Shown here: positions 49,442 through 63,100 of the stretch, piece by piece | Numbering within the stretch: the stretch's first letter is position 1 | Layout: the number at the start of each line of letters is the position of its first letter | Source of the DNA: Rhina ancylostomus | Lineage: Eukaryota | Assembly (NCBI GenBank): GCA_030265395.1 | Contig: JARFYF010000036.1 | Location: 1,701,884-1,765,883, forward strand | Reading direction: 5' to 3' | DNA: 64,000 nt | Made by a program: the position numbers and the translations under genes | The notes under the pieces: model-generated | Told to the model about the DNA's origin: nothing | What the model saw: only the letters and a program-made list of their open reading frames with translations | Databases searched by the model: none

Positions 49442-52400
49442 AATTTTCCAGATGATACAGAAAGGTAGTAGCCTGTGGAAGCTCTGACTAATTCTTCAAA
49501 GGCAGGAGATAGTGTATGATGGCAATTTAATATAGCAAGCTACTACCTCAATATGTTCAAGGAAGCATTAGGAGGGGGAAGGGACAAAAGTACACTATGG
49601 AAGAGTCGACTTGTTCTTGGTTGAAGAATGTTATTGGCAGTGAAAGTAAGCTGCTTGGGCAGATGAAATGTTGTACACGAGAAAGTTAATAGAGGAGACA
49701 ACAAGCTACTGACCAGATGATAAAGTAAACTAATATTAAACTGGATTTGCAAGAATACAGAAAGGGAGTATTGCCAAAAGGAGTTCAAGTCTGGTACAGA
49801 AAATCTGATAAAACTGTCAATCATAAACCAATATATAATAATCCAAATGCATCTGTATAAGGGTTAACATGCAAATACAGTGTAACAGACTCAACAAAAC
49901 TAAATCAANNNNNNNNNNTAGAAAGATTTGAATTACATTAAAAGGCAACATACTGAAGAGAAATATATTTATCAATTTTGGTGTTGGGAAGCAGCAAAAT
50001 AATCAAATAAAATTCTGGACATGTGACTACTGAGGTATAAAGAGAACAGATCACAGAAGCATATAATGATAAGGAGTCCTCTACAATTTTTTGCATAAAT
50101 TCCTTGTGTTCCAGAATTGGCCTCAAAGCCTCTGGAATCTGAAGCCTTCTTTCCCGCATAATTTCATTAGCCAGACATTTTCCGACTTTGCTATTGAGTA
50201 TAAAACAAAAAAAATCCAGATCCCACTATTAAATTTCTTCAGAGTCGAGTTTATTGTCATGTGCACAGGTGCCACGAAAAAAAAACTTGCAGCAGCATCA
50301 TGGGCACGTGGCATCAGATAACAGCATCCTCCTAAACTTTACTACAGGCCTTCAAACCTTTACCTTCCTGACACTAGTTCCCACCAACACTGTATTGTCT
50401 GTTCCCTTTCCTACCTTTTAAAATGCTCTGCACTTTCCATAAATTATCCTTTATAAGGAGACAACATATCATTTGGAAATCATTTTGATGGTTTCACTAG
50501 CATCAATCTGTTCCCTTAACTACAGAGTCCCAATAATCAAGCCTGTGGCAATACTGATTAAAATATCACCATCTTCACCCATAATGTTGCTAGTAGCAAA
50601 TTTCCAGAGGAGATCTTTATTGTCTACCTCTTCCTATCTAGCCAGATGGTTATACAGTTACAAGTTAGGACTCTGTAGCTGGGTGGTGACCACTTTGTAC
50701 AGCTGTTAGGATTTCCCACATCATGGTTATTCAGGATACCTGAAGCTTTCTAGAGTTGACACAAGAAACGAGAATTGCAGGCAAGTGATCTCAGTTGTAC
50801 AAGTTGTCCCTGGGTTCGATTTTTACAGATGTTCACAAACCGAATTTGTCCGCAAGTCAGAAAATACACAAAAAGAAATCACTTGATAAGGTTACCTTAT
50901 CTCTACACTACTGTAATGAATGACATTAAAAGCACATTAGACTGATAAAAATTGAACAATTACTAAAAATGGAGAGAGAGGAAACTAGTTCTGCTGTTTA
51001 TAGGAATGAATCTTTGCAAGTATGTTGAACTTTTCAAATTAATAATCTTACGTGAGCTTGTCCATATGTAGTGATGTCCATGAGTCAGGCATTCATAATC
51101 CAGGGATGGACCATGCCTCTAATTGACTTAATGTACATGATATAAAGGTAAACTTAAGGTTATGACAAGGTGAAGTAAGGTAATGCCTACAGTAGACTTT
51201 CCAATTGTGGTTCTACATTACTGGAAAAGCACAACCATGAAGCCATTCTTAAAATTCAAAAAGCACCAATAAAGTTCTGAGATTTCTCTGTCTGAAGAGG
51301 TTTAATTCAGAGTTTGTAGATTAAGCAACCAAGGCAGAGCGAAATAATGCCAGTAAAAACCAATCATATATGGAAATACCAGATACAGGCGACCTCTATC
51401 ATCGCCATTCAGGTAAGGGAAATTCACCCTTACAGAACTCACACATCATTACCAAAACATTTGAGATTCAAAATAAAATTTGCTCTCACAGAACTTATGC
51501 AAAAAGAGAAAATAAATGAACACAATCTTTTCTTGAGGTATGTGCAGATGACTCGGCTTCTCATTAGAGAGGAAAAAATATCATAAGGACTGTTTGCTAG
51601 GAATGCAAACCCCTCCACCATAACACAACATCTGCGCAAGCTTCTATGATTACCACAGTCATTGATTTATGATTTTGAAACACCTAGTCAGTCTTAATTT
51701 TCAGCATGTTGTCAAATCCACAGAAGTGCTTGTGTGCAATGTTATTCAGTCTGTAGAGTTCCTTTATAAATGTACTTAACTAAGCAAGGGGGGAGAAGGA
51801 GAGGGAGTCTTTAGTGCCAATAATGAACTTGCTCTATTCACAAACTACTGCAGGCTCTGGTGTGTCTTCTTGAGATCGCATATCCCACTTTAATAGTTTG
51901 CCCACTTTCCTTATTTTAAATCTTCTGCTTTAATTAGTTTACTGCTTTATTTTCCCCCTAGAGCAGTCATGCCTCATGACTAGAAATTAATGTGCTCTCT
52001 TCATATTCATTGGTTTCAGAACCATTTTTCATACTACCTGCACCCTGCCCCCACCCCCCCACGATCATCCCTCCACTTACCTGTGCAAAGTCCTTTCGTC
52101 CACTACACTTATCCTTTCTGTTACATCCCAGTCGGGTTCATTCCTTCCTGTCCCAGTGCTGATGCGAGTGTCACTGAAATGGGACTCGTCTATCACACAC
52201 TTTTGTGAGGTGACCTCACTAATGTCCTTGTGCAGCACAATTCGTACACAGCTTGGGTAATAATCCAGTGATTGTAACCCTTGAGATCCTGTTTAAGCAA
52301 GCTCCTGGCATCTGGTAAATTCCAGACAGGACCTCTGGCCCATTCCATCCTGTGTTGTTAAATCAAAGTGTGATGCGGGCCCAAATTGTTAAGGATTGTA

Positions 52401-54654
52401 TTGCACATTGTTCTGCTGCCAAGGTAGTACTGTCAACAAGATGGTCCTTTGCCTTTACGAAAGCAAAGTTTACTATGTGCTGAGATACAAGAGAATGATT
52501 GTAGGCAATGCAGGCCTGATGGAATGAAGATGCAGATCAGCTTTGATTTAATAGTGGAACAGATTTAAGATGCTGAGCGGTTTACTGCTGTTGCAACGTA
52601 CATACAATTCTGAACTAAATTAAGAGGGCCCCATTGTTTCTGAGGGAAAATTGGATTTGAAAAAGTATCAAGGAAGAAAACAGGAGAAGAACAGAATTGA
52701 GACTAGATAATCAGAAAGGGCAGCCAAAAGACAAAACATTCCTAAATACAGGACAATCACTAGTTAAATTTAAATAAGGAATTCAAGAGAAACATCACTA
52801 CTGCGAGAATACTCAAAATGAGGAACTTACTTCCGCATGGAGTGATGGAGAAATGACAAACGTGCTTGAGGTGGAGGCTAAATATTCATAAAGAGAGAAA
52901 CAGAAGGATACCATAACAAGGCAAGATGAAGAGAAGGTAGGAGACAGTATGGAACATAAACATACAGAGAAATACAATTTCTATGCAACTGTTGCCAAGT
53001 AAAAAATCTAAGCAATATGTAAAAGGCCATAATTGCATAACATTTCTTGGTATGTACACTACAGATAAGATAAAATGAATAAAGAAAGTGCTAACAGATT
53101 ATGCAACATGTGAAATAAGAGGAGCTTGACATAGGATTACATTATTGAAAACACCTTTCAATAATATTAAATTCCTACAGAAATTAAATGGTCTTTGAAA
53201 ACTGCTTTTGGCTATTGTTGGTAGAAAAGAAACTAAATTATGACAATTGCATTAATTGAGAAAACAAACTCTGTAATAGTCTACAGATCTAATCTTGGAA
53301 AACACTAGCCATACGCAATGAAAGTACAAAACATGCAAGGACGTTTTAAGTGATTAAAGGAGATTAATAACTGGTTTCAGTTATTAATAATTATCTCAAG
53401 GTGATTAAAAGGAACATTAATAACTGGTAAATGATGCCACCAGTTACCAGGTTAACAAACAGAAGATGATCATGTTGCCAACTGCGTTCAGCACAAATTG
53501 GTCACATTTTATACACTAATGCCACTTGTTATTTGCATGTAACCAATGAACAATTTCAGGCAAGGAGCTGATGCAGAGTGAAATGTGAATATTCAAAAGT
53601 TGAATGAGTTCCATGACTCTTTGCTGGTTTTGTGAAAAGCCACTGATGTCTGGTGCGGTATTGAGAGTACTGAATACAGGCAAGTTGCTATGTTTGTACA
53701 GTAAACCTGCTGCAGGCATTTAAAGCATAAGCACCCTTTTAAAAATGTCATCTGTTAAATACTAGGAATCAATCTCTCTGGCACTGGAAACAGTTTGGGC
53801 TGCAGTGGGATGTTAAAAATATTGTACTTTTTCCATTCCTTCCGTTATCCATCTCTGATTTTGCCTGTATTTCTCTCTAATGCTTTGACACTAAACTCAT
53901 TTTCTCTGTTTCAACAAGCTACTCAGCTTGTCTGCATTTTACTTTTCAATCATTTTAGTTCTTCTATTTAGTCGGGACCCAAATACATTTCCCTGATTGC
54001 AGAATTATCAATTCATGTCTGTAATAGTTTTGTAGCACCAAAGGCTGCAGGAATGAACCAAACTAACAGTAGATGCCATTTGACGTAGCAATCTGGTATA
54101 CATAAAAATTGATTCAACTCCCCAGTGAGATGTCAGTCCAAATCATGGGAAGCACCCATGTGCATTCACAGCTAAGCAATCTAAGAATATTTCAGTTTAC
54201 AACTCATTTTAACCTATTTTGATACTTCATTGCAATTGTTAAAAATCTCATTGTAAAAAGTGAGCTGTCCTTAAATGGTGCTCAACCAACTTCATTCATT
54301 ATTTTGAATGTGAATGGACATTTCAGTTTCCAATTCTCTAAGTAGATTCCTCCATATTTCAGCACCTCAGTTATTCCATAAACTTTCAATGGAAAGTGCT
54401 TAACCCAGCTGAATAAACTGCATTAAAAACAGTAAATAATTTTTTCTTTAAAAAGTTTTACCAATTTGAAACAGTCAACTTTTATTTCTTACTCTAACAT
54501 TAATCCACTCTAAAAAATTTTATTTTAATTATGGTTATATTCCACAAGTTTTAGTTTTCTGATTCAAATATCAAAATACAAGTCAGTGTCAAACGAAATT
54601 ATGCAACAAATTTCAAATGACAAGTATTACCTTCATAAAATTATCAATACTTAC

Positions 54655-54717
54655 AGCAACAGAGGGCGATCCCATACTTCCACTGCCATCCTCAAATCCA
54701 TTTTGTTCCAAGTCATC
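54655..54717 (-). CDS. SOWAH-family gene, coding exon
   Basis: TGTTCTATTTCAG|63 nt|GTAAGT, phase 0-0; DDLEQNGFEDGSGSMGSPSVA joins to give SVA-LDPLE, as in SOWAH proteins. Confidence 0.85.
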
Positions 54718-55064
54718 CTGAAATAGAACACATGATACTTTATGGACCAAAGCAGGTTACATATTACAAATCATTCAATATATAAACATTCAATATTACT
54801 TTTCTCCTTCAATTTATGCCCAATACATTCAATTCTTGCTATGCCCTGCTCTTAAACAAAATGGTCTAGAAGTTAATTGTTCAGCATAATTTTATTCAGT
54901 ACATAAATCAAAACAGTAATTTCCAGTGTGGTATTCTATTAATTATTTGCAAGGCAAATTGTGCCTCTATAGTAACTTAGTGAGCCACTTCAATTTGCAG
55001 ATCACACTAGTGCAAGGGATGTGATTCCTGTGTCAGATGGCAACCGACATGACATGATTCTGAG

Positions 55065-55372
55065 CTGGCATATTGACATAGCAGTTAGTGCTTCTGCCTC
55101 ACAGCTCCAAGGATTCCGTTTTAATCCTGACCCAAGGTGTTGCCTGTGCGGACTTGTACATTCTCCCCATGAGTGTGTGGGTTTCCTCTAGGTGTGCCAT
55201 TTTTCTTCTACATTTTATAGACATGCTGGGCTCATTAGGTGAATTTGTAGTGAGATGGGAGAATCAGTGGTTGTTAATGGGCATGCACAAGAAAATTGGG
55301 TGCAGCAAAATAAGTGGGTGAATGGGATTGCTCTGAGAGCCAGCATAGACAATGGACTGAATGGCCTCCTTT
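55065..55372 (+). mobile_element. Degraded V-SINE copy
   Basis: TTAGTGCTTCTGCCTCACAGCTCCAAGG head, TTGTACATTCTCCCCATGAGTGTGTGGGTTTCCTCTAGGTG core, GGACTGAATGGCCTCCT tail. Confidence 0.75.
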
Positions 55373-56924
55373 GTTGTGGTATGGAAAATTCACTGTTCTT
55401 TGAAGTTACATGGTTGCTAATTTAAATTCTTATTCAAAGGCTGTGGTTTATACTCAAATTACAGGAATGTTATGTATTCAATGGGAATTTCTCTATAAGC
55501 AACATTATTAAGAATTTCTCACAAAATTATCAAGCACATTTTAAACAGTTCAATAAAAATATTGGCAATGTGCTCATTGAAATTCAAAAATATTTTCAGT
55601 ACTGCATTTTGCAGATTAGAGACTTAAACCTTATTAAATTGAATCATATTGAAATTACTTTTGAGTCTCATTCAAAGCTTCAAACACTAAACAGAGTTAC
55701 TAGCGATCTGTCAACATTTAGGATTACTCATTTATGCATTTTAAGTCACAGAACAATGATAAATGCAAAATGGTTCCCATTTGTAAATTACTGACTTCCA
55801 TATATGATCTTGTTATAAGAAAATGAACTTGTTTTGCGCATTTACCAAAAGGCTGAGAAGTGACATGGTGAAATGTCCTAAAATTTTAGATAAATAAATA
55901 CCTTGTAATTATTTAGGTCTGAACACAGACTACAACAAAAAAATGAAATCACTCAGTTTCCTTTCTGCCTCCTTTCACTCCGCTACGTTGCTGGAAAACA
56001 GTTCCATAGTGCAAGCAACTTTTTCGTCTGATCAACTGGATTTATTTCATACACAAGTATATGTATGTCTGCAAGCTGTTAATGGTGAGAAATTCTATTC
56101 TTTTCTAACCATCTGATCAAAAATATTAGACAATAAAAAACTGCAACTTCAATTGATATTTGAAAGGTATTCTATCTTTTCCCGCAAAAACCTGTTTACT
56201 TTTAAAAATCACGGTATATAAAGTCACCGTTTGCAAAAGACAATGGCAATTTTGCTTGTTTTGTGAAGACTAAGGAACTTTTTCTTTGCTCCTGACACTA
56301 ACTTTAACCCAGTAATATATTTTGCTTCGTCTGATACTGATAGGCTGAAATTGAACAGTTACCAACTGTTTAATTTGCTCCATAATCGCCTGCCTCAGGG
56401 ATGCAGATATCACTAGCAATGCCAACATCCATTCCCCATCCCCAACTGTCACTGAACCATAGGCAGCTGCAAGTCAATTCCATTGATGTATTAGGAGCTA
56501 GATATCAGTCAGATTAAGGATGGCAGATTCCCTGGATTTTTACAACAATCCAGGAGTGTAATTCTAAGACCAATTCCAGATTTGTTTATTGAACTACTTA
56601 AATTTAAAATTCCCCAATTGTCATGGCGCAATGTAAGCTTGAGTCTGGATCATGATTAACAAACACTTCAACCTAATTTAAATGCTATTTACTTTACGAG
56701 TTGTACGAGTCCTAGAGAGGTACAACAAACCTTTCTGTCCACCCTCTCTGCCAAACCACTAGGCACCCATTTTTACACCAATCTTTTCCAACCTATTTTA
56801 TTATTCCCAGATTCTACCGCTCTTCTGCAGACTAGTGGGCAACTTACAGTGGCCAATTAACCTACCATTTTTGGAATGTGGGAGGGAACCCACATTGTCA
56901 CGGAGAATGTGTAAACCTCTTTGG

Positions 56925-57715
56925 TAGGGCACCAAGAAATGTTGGTGAACAGAGACCTAGGGGTCCAAGTCTACGGTTGCCTGAAAGTGGCAACACAGGT
57001 GGATAGAGTGACAAAGGAGGCATGTGGCATGCTTGCCTTCAAAGGACGGGACATAGAAGAGTAGGGACGTTACGTGCGACTTCACTCAATCCTTGTTAGG
57101 CTATGCTACGGACGTTGTCTAGTCCCAGTCANNNNNNNNNNNNNNNNNNNNNNNNNNNNNNNNNNNNNNNNNNNNNNNNNNNNNNNNNNNNNNNNNNNNN
57201 NNNNNNNNNNNNNNNNNNNNNNNNNNNNNNNCTAGTCCCAGTCACCACACTATAGGAATGATGTGATTCCACTGGAGAGAGTGCAGAGGAGATTCACCAG
57301 GATGTTCCTTGCATTGGAGGACTTTGGTATGGGAAGAGATTAGAGGGGCTGGATATCCTTTGCTCCCAGGAAAACAAGGAGTCACCTGATAGAAGTAAAT
57401 GAAATTATTAGAGGCAAAGTTAGGGTAGGTAGTCAATCTGTTTTTCTATGATATGGATATCAAAAGCAAAAGATCATTTAGGTTTAGGGTTCTGAGGGCT
57501 AAGTTATTTTACACAGACAGTGGTTGATACCTGGAAAGTGCTGACAGTATATGGTGGAATCAAATACAATAATTACACTTAAGAGGCGTTTAGATAAACG
57601 ATAGGCAAGACATGGTCCTTGTGCAGGTAAATGGGATGAGTGTAGATGGGCAAAAAGGTTGGCATGGATGTGGTGGGCTGAAGGGCCTGTTTCTGTGCTG
57701 TATAACACTGACTCC
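56925..57715 (+). mobile_element. CR1 LINE 3' fragment spanning a gap
   Basis: EQRDLGV, GMLAF, LERVQRRFTRM remnants and GGGCTGAAGGGCCTGTTTCTGTGCTGTAT tail. Confidence 0.8.
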
Positions 57716-58918
57716 ACACAGAAATCCTGCTGCTAGTCCAGTAATTTAATCATTGTGCTACTGTACTAACTTCTAAATTGGAAATGCCAGATTACCAAAT
57801 TCACCAACTTGCAGCATTTTTGTAATCTGTTTAAATTACTCCATGTACCAACAATCCTATTCAGAGGAAAATTAAAATTAAGATCACAAATTAAACAAGT
57901 AAACATAAAAAATGTAAAATCAAAGATTAAGTATAACATCAGGGATTTTCTCAATCAGAATTCTGAGTCATCTAATTATGTTGAGAAACAATTATTCCAC
58001 ATTAATTGTGTCAAATAGCTGTTGTTGCGGTGGACTTTCCTAATTTTATCACCAATCATTGGAGCATTAAACACTTCCATTAGAAATGGGAGATAAAAAT
58101 TATTCAAGATATTATCTGACTGGATGCCTCACTCTTCATACAGGCTCAGTGTTCACCTATTTACCAAATGCAGGGCAGAGCAATCTTTATAGTTTTATAG
58201 TTCCTTTGCAAGTGAAAGAAAAATAGTACAACACCTATCACTAACTGTCACTCTAAACATCTTGTTACTTAAGTACAAAATAAATCTGTTCCTTCATCAT
58301 GTAGTTCTATTTTTGAACTACCAAATGAGAGCAATTTTATGAAAGGTACTTATGGTATATGATTTAAATTTCAGTAAAATGCCATTTGATGGGCATCAAT
58401 GCTGGGTTTGTACATTAGCTTCACAGCCAAAGTACACATACTATAAATCAGTAGTTGGTGTATTATGACTCCTTTGGGAAAATCACTAAGAGGAAACTTC
58501 CACCTACTACAAATGAATAATTTTGAAAACTCTCAAGTTAACTTTGGAATTAATTTTTAGTGGACAATTATTATACAACAATCAAAGCCTTATTTAATCC
58601 TCACAAAGCATCAGAAAATGACACTCAAGCACCATTTCTCAATGCTGTGATAAACTTCAGTGCTGAAGTTCCCATCACCATAGTAATAACACGCCCGTAT
58701 ATCCAGTCTTTCCTCACAATTGAGATATGACGCCTCTGTTTTGCTGTTATACATTCCTTTCATCATGAAATCTAACTCCATCCCAAGTGGTCCGTAAGCA
58801 GGGAACAGCACAGTGCACAGCACCGATGAAGATAAAACAGCATTTGCAGTGCAAACATAAAAAACCCAACCACTTTAAAAATGGTTAAGCTGAAAACTTT
58901 AAAAATTAAAAGATGTGT

Positions 58919-59332
58919 TGTAGCGACTAGCTACACTGAATACAGACACGAGACACTTGTTTGGAGTCCAAGAGTCGAATGAATGACTGGGGTGCGCTGN
59001 NNNNNNNNNNNNNNNNNNNNNNNNNNNNNNNNNNNNNNNNNNNNNNNNNNNNNNNNNNNNNNNNNNNNNNNNNNNNNNNNNNNNNNNNNNNNNNNNNNNG
59101 AATAAAGACACGAGACACTTGTTTGGAGTCCAAGAGTCGAATGAACGACTGGGGTGCGCTGCCCCTTTAATAAACATCGTTCCCGCGCTGATGTCACGCG
59201 CAGGTCACGTGACCTTCCCGCGCGGGGGCTCCACTAGCCCACAAAGGAGGAATGCCCAGCGCCATCTTGTGTCGGGGCCTCCGACGACGCTCGCAATCGT
59301 GGGAGCCGGTTCGTGAAAGGTAAGTCACCACA
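58919..59332. mobile_element. Young solo LTR (Gypsy-type)
   Basis: Begins TGTAGCGACT, ends AGTCACCACA (8/10 inverted repeat); 4-bp target-site duplication GTGT at 58915-58918 and 59333-59336; CpG-rich; internal gap with duplicated flanks. Confidence 0.8.
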
Positions 59333-60236
59333 GTGTCACATTTGGTTAGAATAGATCTTAGTACTTGCTGGTGAACCCTTTGATCAGAAATACAGATGCA
59401 ATGAATTCAGAAAAGAACAACATGATGAAGAAATACATGAAAGCAGCTAATGATTTAACCATCTTCTGGAAAATTGCTGGTTACATGGCTGACAGAGGAG
59501 ACAAAATAAGTAGCTGGTCAAGAGTCAGAGAATGTGAGGCGTTGAAATCATGGGGAAGGCAGGCAGGCCACATTGAGAACATGGAAAGCTTGCAGATTTA
59601 GGACCCTTTAACTCTACCTTGCAATTTTTACTTTAGGGTGGTGGAGGTGATGGATAGCCTAGCAGTCAAAATGGAAGCTCGCAATTCTGCAGTGCTGAAT
59701 GGAAACCTTTGTGCTGAACTATTTTGTTCTCCTCTTAGTAATGTTATCCAGAGATATGATATCAAGTTCCTTTTCTGTCCCTCCAAAAATATTAACAATC
59801 CCAGCTGTTTCTCAAACATTTCTCATGCTGACTCATCATTGACACACATGTACGTAACCTACCCACTGATGCATCATTATTTCATTCAGTTAAATAATGT
59901 GTAGGCAGACAATTGCCTTTGGCCCTAGCAATAAATTCTCATCAGCACCATTCCCCTCCCTGATTGTTGTCTCCAATTGCAACAGATGATATACAACCCT
60001 GTCATGTTTGACTCCATGCCAAGCTTCAAACCCCATCACAAAGTTGACCCACTTCTACTTCCCTAACACCACCCAACCTCAGAACTGGAGGGGCACAGGT
60101 ATCTCCAGGTTTTGCAGGGCTGGAAGTAATCAGTGATGGGGAGAGGTGAGGAATTGTAAATCAGGGTTTATAAAAAAGACACATTGGTTAACCAGTGCCC
60201 ATGCAAGTCAGCAAGGGTCACAGGTAAACAGCCAGG

Positions 60237-61157
60237 CATATAGAACATAGAACAATACAGGCCCTTCAGCCCACCATGTTGTGCTGTCTATCAAACCACA
60301 CCTAACACTATCTAACCCCTTCCTCCCACATATCCCTCCATATGCCTATCCAACAATCTCTTGAACCTGTCCAATGTATTCCATGCACCAACCACTCTCT
60401 GGGTGAAAAACCTCCCTCTGACACCTCCCCTGAACTTCCCACCCTTAACCTTAAAGCCATGCCCTTATCTTGAGCATTGGTGCCCTGGGAAAGAGGCACT
60501 GGCTGTCTACTCTATCTATTCCTCTCAATATTTTATGCACCTCTATCATGTCTCCCCTCATCCTCCTCCTCTCCAATGAGTAAAGCCCTAGCACCTTAAG
60601 CCTCTCCTCATATTNNNNNNNNNNNNNNNNNNNNNNNNNNNNNNNNNNNNNNNNNNNNNNNNNNNNNNNNNNNNNNNNNNNNNNNNNNNNNNNNNNNNNN
60701 NNNNNNNNNNNNNNTAATGCGGCGACCAGAACTGAACACAGTACTCTAAGTGTGGTCTAACTAGAGTTTTGTAAAGCTGCATCATCACTTCACGGCTCTT
60801 AAACTCAATCCCACGACTTATGAAAGCTAGCATCCCACAGGACTTCTTAGCTGCCCTATCCACCTGTGAGGCAACTTTCAGTGAACTGTGAATATGAACC
60901 CCCTTTGCTCTTCTACACTGCCAAGTACCTTGCCATTTACCTTGTACTCTGCCCTGGAGTTGTCTGCCCAGTGCTGCATCCTATCAATGTCCCTCTGTAA
61001 GCTTCGACAGCCCTCCACACTATTCACAACACCACCGATCTTAGTGTCATCCACAAACTTGCTAACAGAGCCTTCTACCCTCTCATCTAAGTCATCTATA
61101 AATATACCAAAAAGTAGAGGTCCCAGAACCAATCCCTGCGGGACACCACTAGTCACA
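60237..61157 (-). mobile_element. CR1 LINE, 5'-truncated, with reverse transcriptase remnant
   Basis: [24 protein letters not shown]...[11 protein letters not shown] and GMLAFISRGIEFKSREVMMQLYKTLVRPHLEYCVQFWSPH; (CATAGAA)n tail at about 60237-60253. Confidence 0.92.
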
Positions 61158-62950
61158 CATTTGGGTAGTGCAGTGATGTGGGCAGCAGGATTTGGAGATG
61201 AGACACAAAGGAGGAAAGAATGTGTGTATACATCCAACAAGACTAGGTCCATGTGCCACCCCCTCCATACCTGTACAGATTCACTATCTGGGTTCACATA
61301 TGGAGCCAGGCCATTTGGGCACAATCTAGGAGGGAAGGATGCACTTGAAAAACTGCACCCCAATAAGGACTAATGACTTCACCTCAGGAAGGGATATACA
61401 CGGGCTTTACACAACAATTTCAGATTTTGAAAGTTGTGGAATAATATTATGCAGTAGACTATTGACTGTAACAGCACTGGTGGTGTTAAGCTCATAGGCT
61501 AGTTTGAGAATTAGGAAACACATTAGAAAAACTACCACAGGTAACTATGAATGAGAATGACAAATTCACATTTTCACTGCAACAAGCCATAACTCAGCAT
61601 TATCTTCTTTTAACAACCTGGGACCTGTTCAAGTAATAAGTACAGCTATAATTCAGGAAATCCAGAGGCTCTCCGTACCCCACCCCCATCACTCCATTTC
61701 TCACAGAGCATAGGGAACCTATGCTAATTACAAAAACGACCAGATGGTAGAGATTGGAAGACTTTTATGGTGAGGACCGAATAATTAACATTTATAAATA
61801 AAATTAGTTGCCCTATTAGTCTTGCAGACGAGAAAGATAGCTAAGCTGTTCCATACAGTAGTATCCACAATAGTGTAACAAAGGTAAAACAATCTGATTG
61901 CAATTAGCTTTGAAACTATGTTGTAATAAATGGCAATTTCCATGTCAGTTTTATCAGTCAGAACTGACTTTGCTTCAATGTTATAATTCTGACCCGCAGT
62001 CAAGCAGAACTTGGCTTTGTAAGAAATGGTGGTCAGGTCTGAAATTATTCTGGGCTACATAAACAAACCTCTGCCAAAATGCTAAATCCTGAAGCAATTA
62101 CCATTCCTTCTAATTCACAGCAATTTTATACAATTTCATTTAATGTTTGACTATTACAGATTCTATACCAAATTGAAGGCTTTCCATGATCCAGCATTTG
62201 AAATGTGTATCCACTGATCCTTACCAAAAAAAACAGCATCACTATACAATTTGTCAATTCAGACAGATTGTTTTCACCCTCTCAAAAGCCACTCCAATTT
62301 AAAACTTCTTCTAGTACCTTCCCAAAACACTAATATTCTCTGTGACGATAATGAANNNNNNNNNNNNNNNNNNNNNNNNNNNNNNNNNNNNNNNNNNNNN
62401 NNNNNNNNNNNNNNNNNNNNNNNNNNNNNNNNNNNNNNNNNNNNNNNNNNNNNNNNNNNNNNNNNNNNNNNNNNNNNNNNNNNNNNNNNNNNNNNNNNNN
62501 NNNNNNNNNNNNNNNNNNNNNNNNNNNNNNNNNAGGATCAACAGAATGTTCCTTTGTACATGACACTGCCTTCAACATTGCAACACCTTTCTTTTACTGC
62601 TCATCTTTTCACTCCCAAATCAGTAGCCATTCTTTGAATCATGTAGCATAATGTCCAAGAATATACAATGTATACATTTGACAAGGTTCTCAAATTATAT
62701 TTTAATTTACTATTTACTTATTTCTTAACCTTTTAATGACAATTCTTACTTCTAGTAATTCAGGTATAGTCTTTCCTCAAAACAGCATCAGCATTTTCTG
62801 GGCAAGTTGAAGTTCAAATTATCGAATAAGATTCTATTAAATTTTAAATCTGCCTTCACATTTTGGTGTTGACTTTCGTAACCCCTCAGCTTGCTTTTAT
62901 TTTTCTTAATTTCCCCAAAAGATTGTAGGGGGACAGATTTATGAGAGTAC

Positions 62951-63100
62951 CTTGAACACAGATTCAAATTCTTCCTGCTGAGCTTCTTCCACCTTTATTT
63001 CAATATTCACTGGATTTCCTGCATTGTTTTCAGAAGCAACATCAGACTTTTCATCCTGCTTTTCTTCAGATGCTTCACTGTAGCGAAGTCCAGGATTTCC
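62951..63100 (-). CDS. Probable upstream coding exon of the SOWAH-family gene (acidic, low-complexity region)
   Basis: TTAAATTCTAG|150 nt|GTACTC, open only in phase 0; GNPGLRYSEASEEKQDEKSDVASENNAGNPVNIEIKVEEAQQEEFESVFK; donor is weak and homology is not verified. Confidence 0.55.

Noticed and set aside
58611-58823. 70-aa - strand ORF within the SOWAH-like intron
   Set aside because: No suitable splice acceptor or donor and no recognisable homology.
58938-59161. ~60-bp direct repeat either side of an N-run (superficially CRISPR-like or tandem)
   Set aside because: Duplicated contig ends flanking a gap; the same artefact occurs around 16137-16270 and 57120-57244.
60878-61373. 161-aa ORFs on both strands
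   Set aside because: Explained by the CR1 reverse transcriptase remnant and its antisense frame; not host genes.
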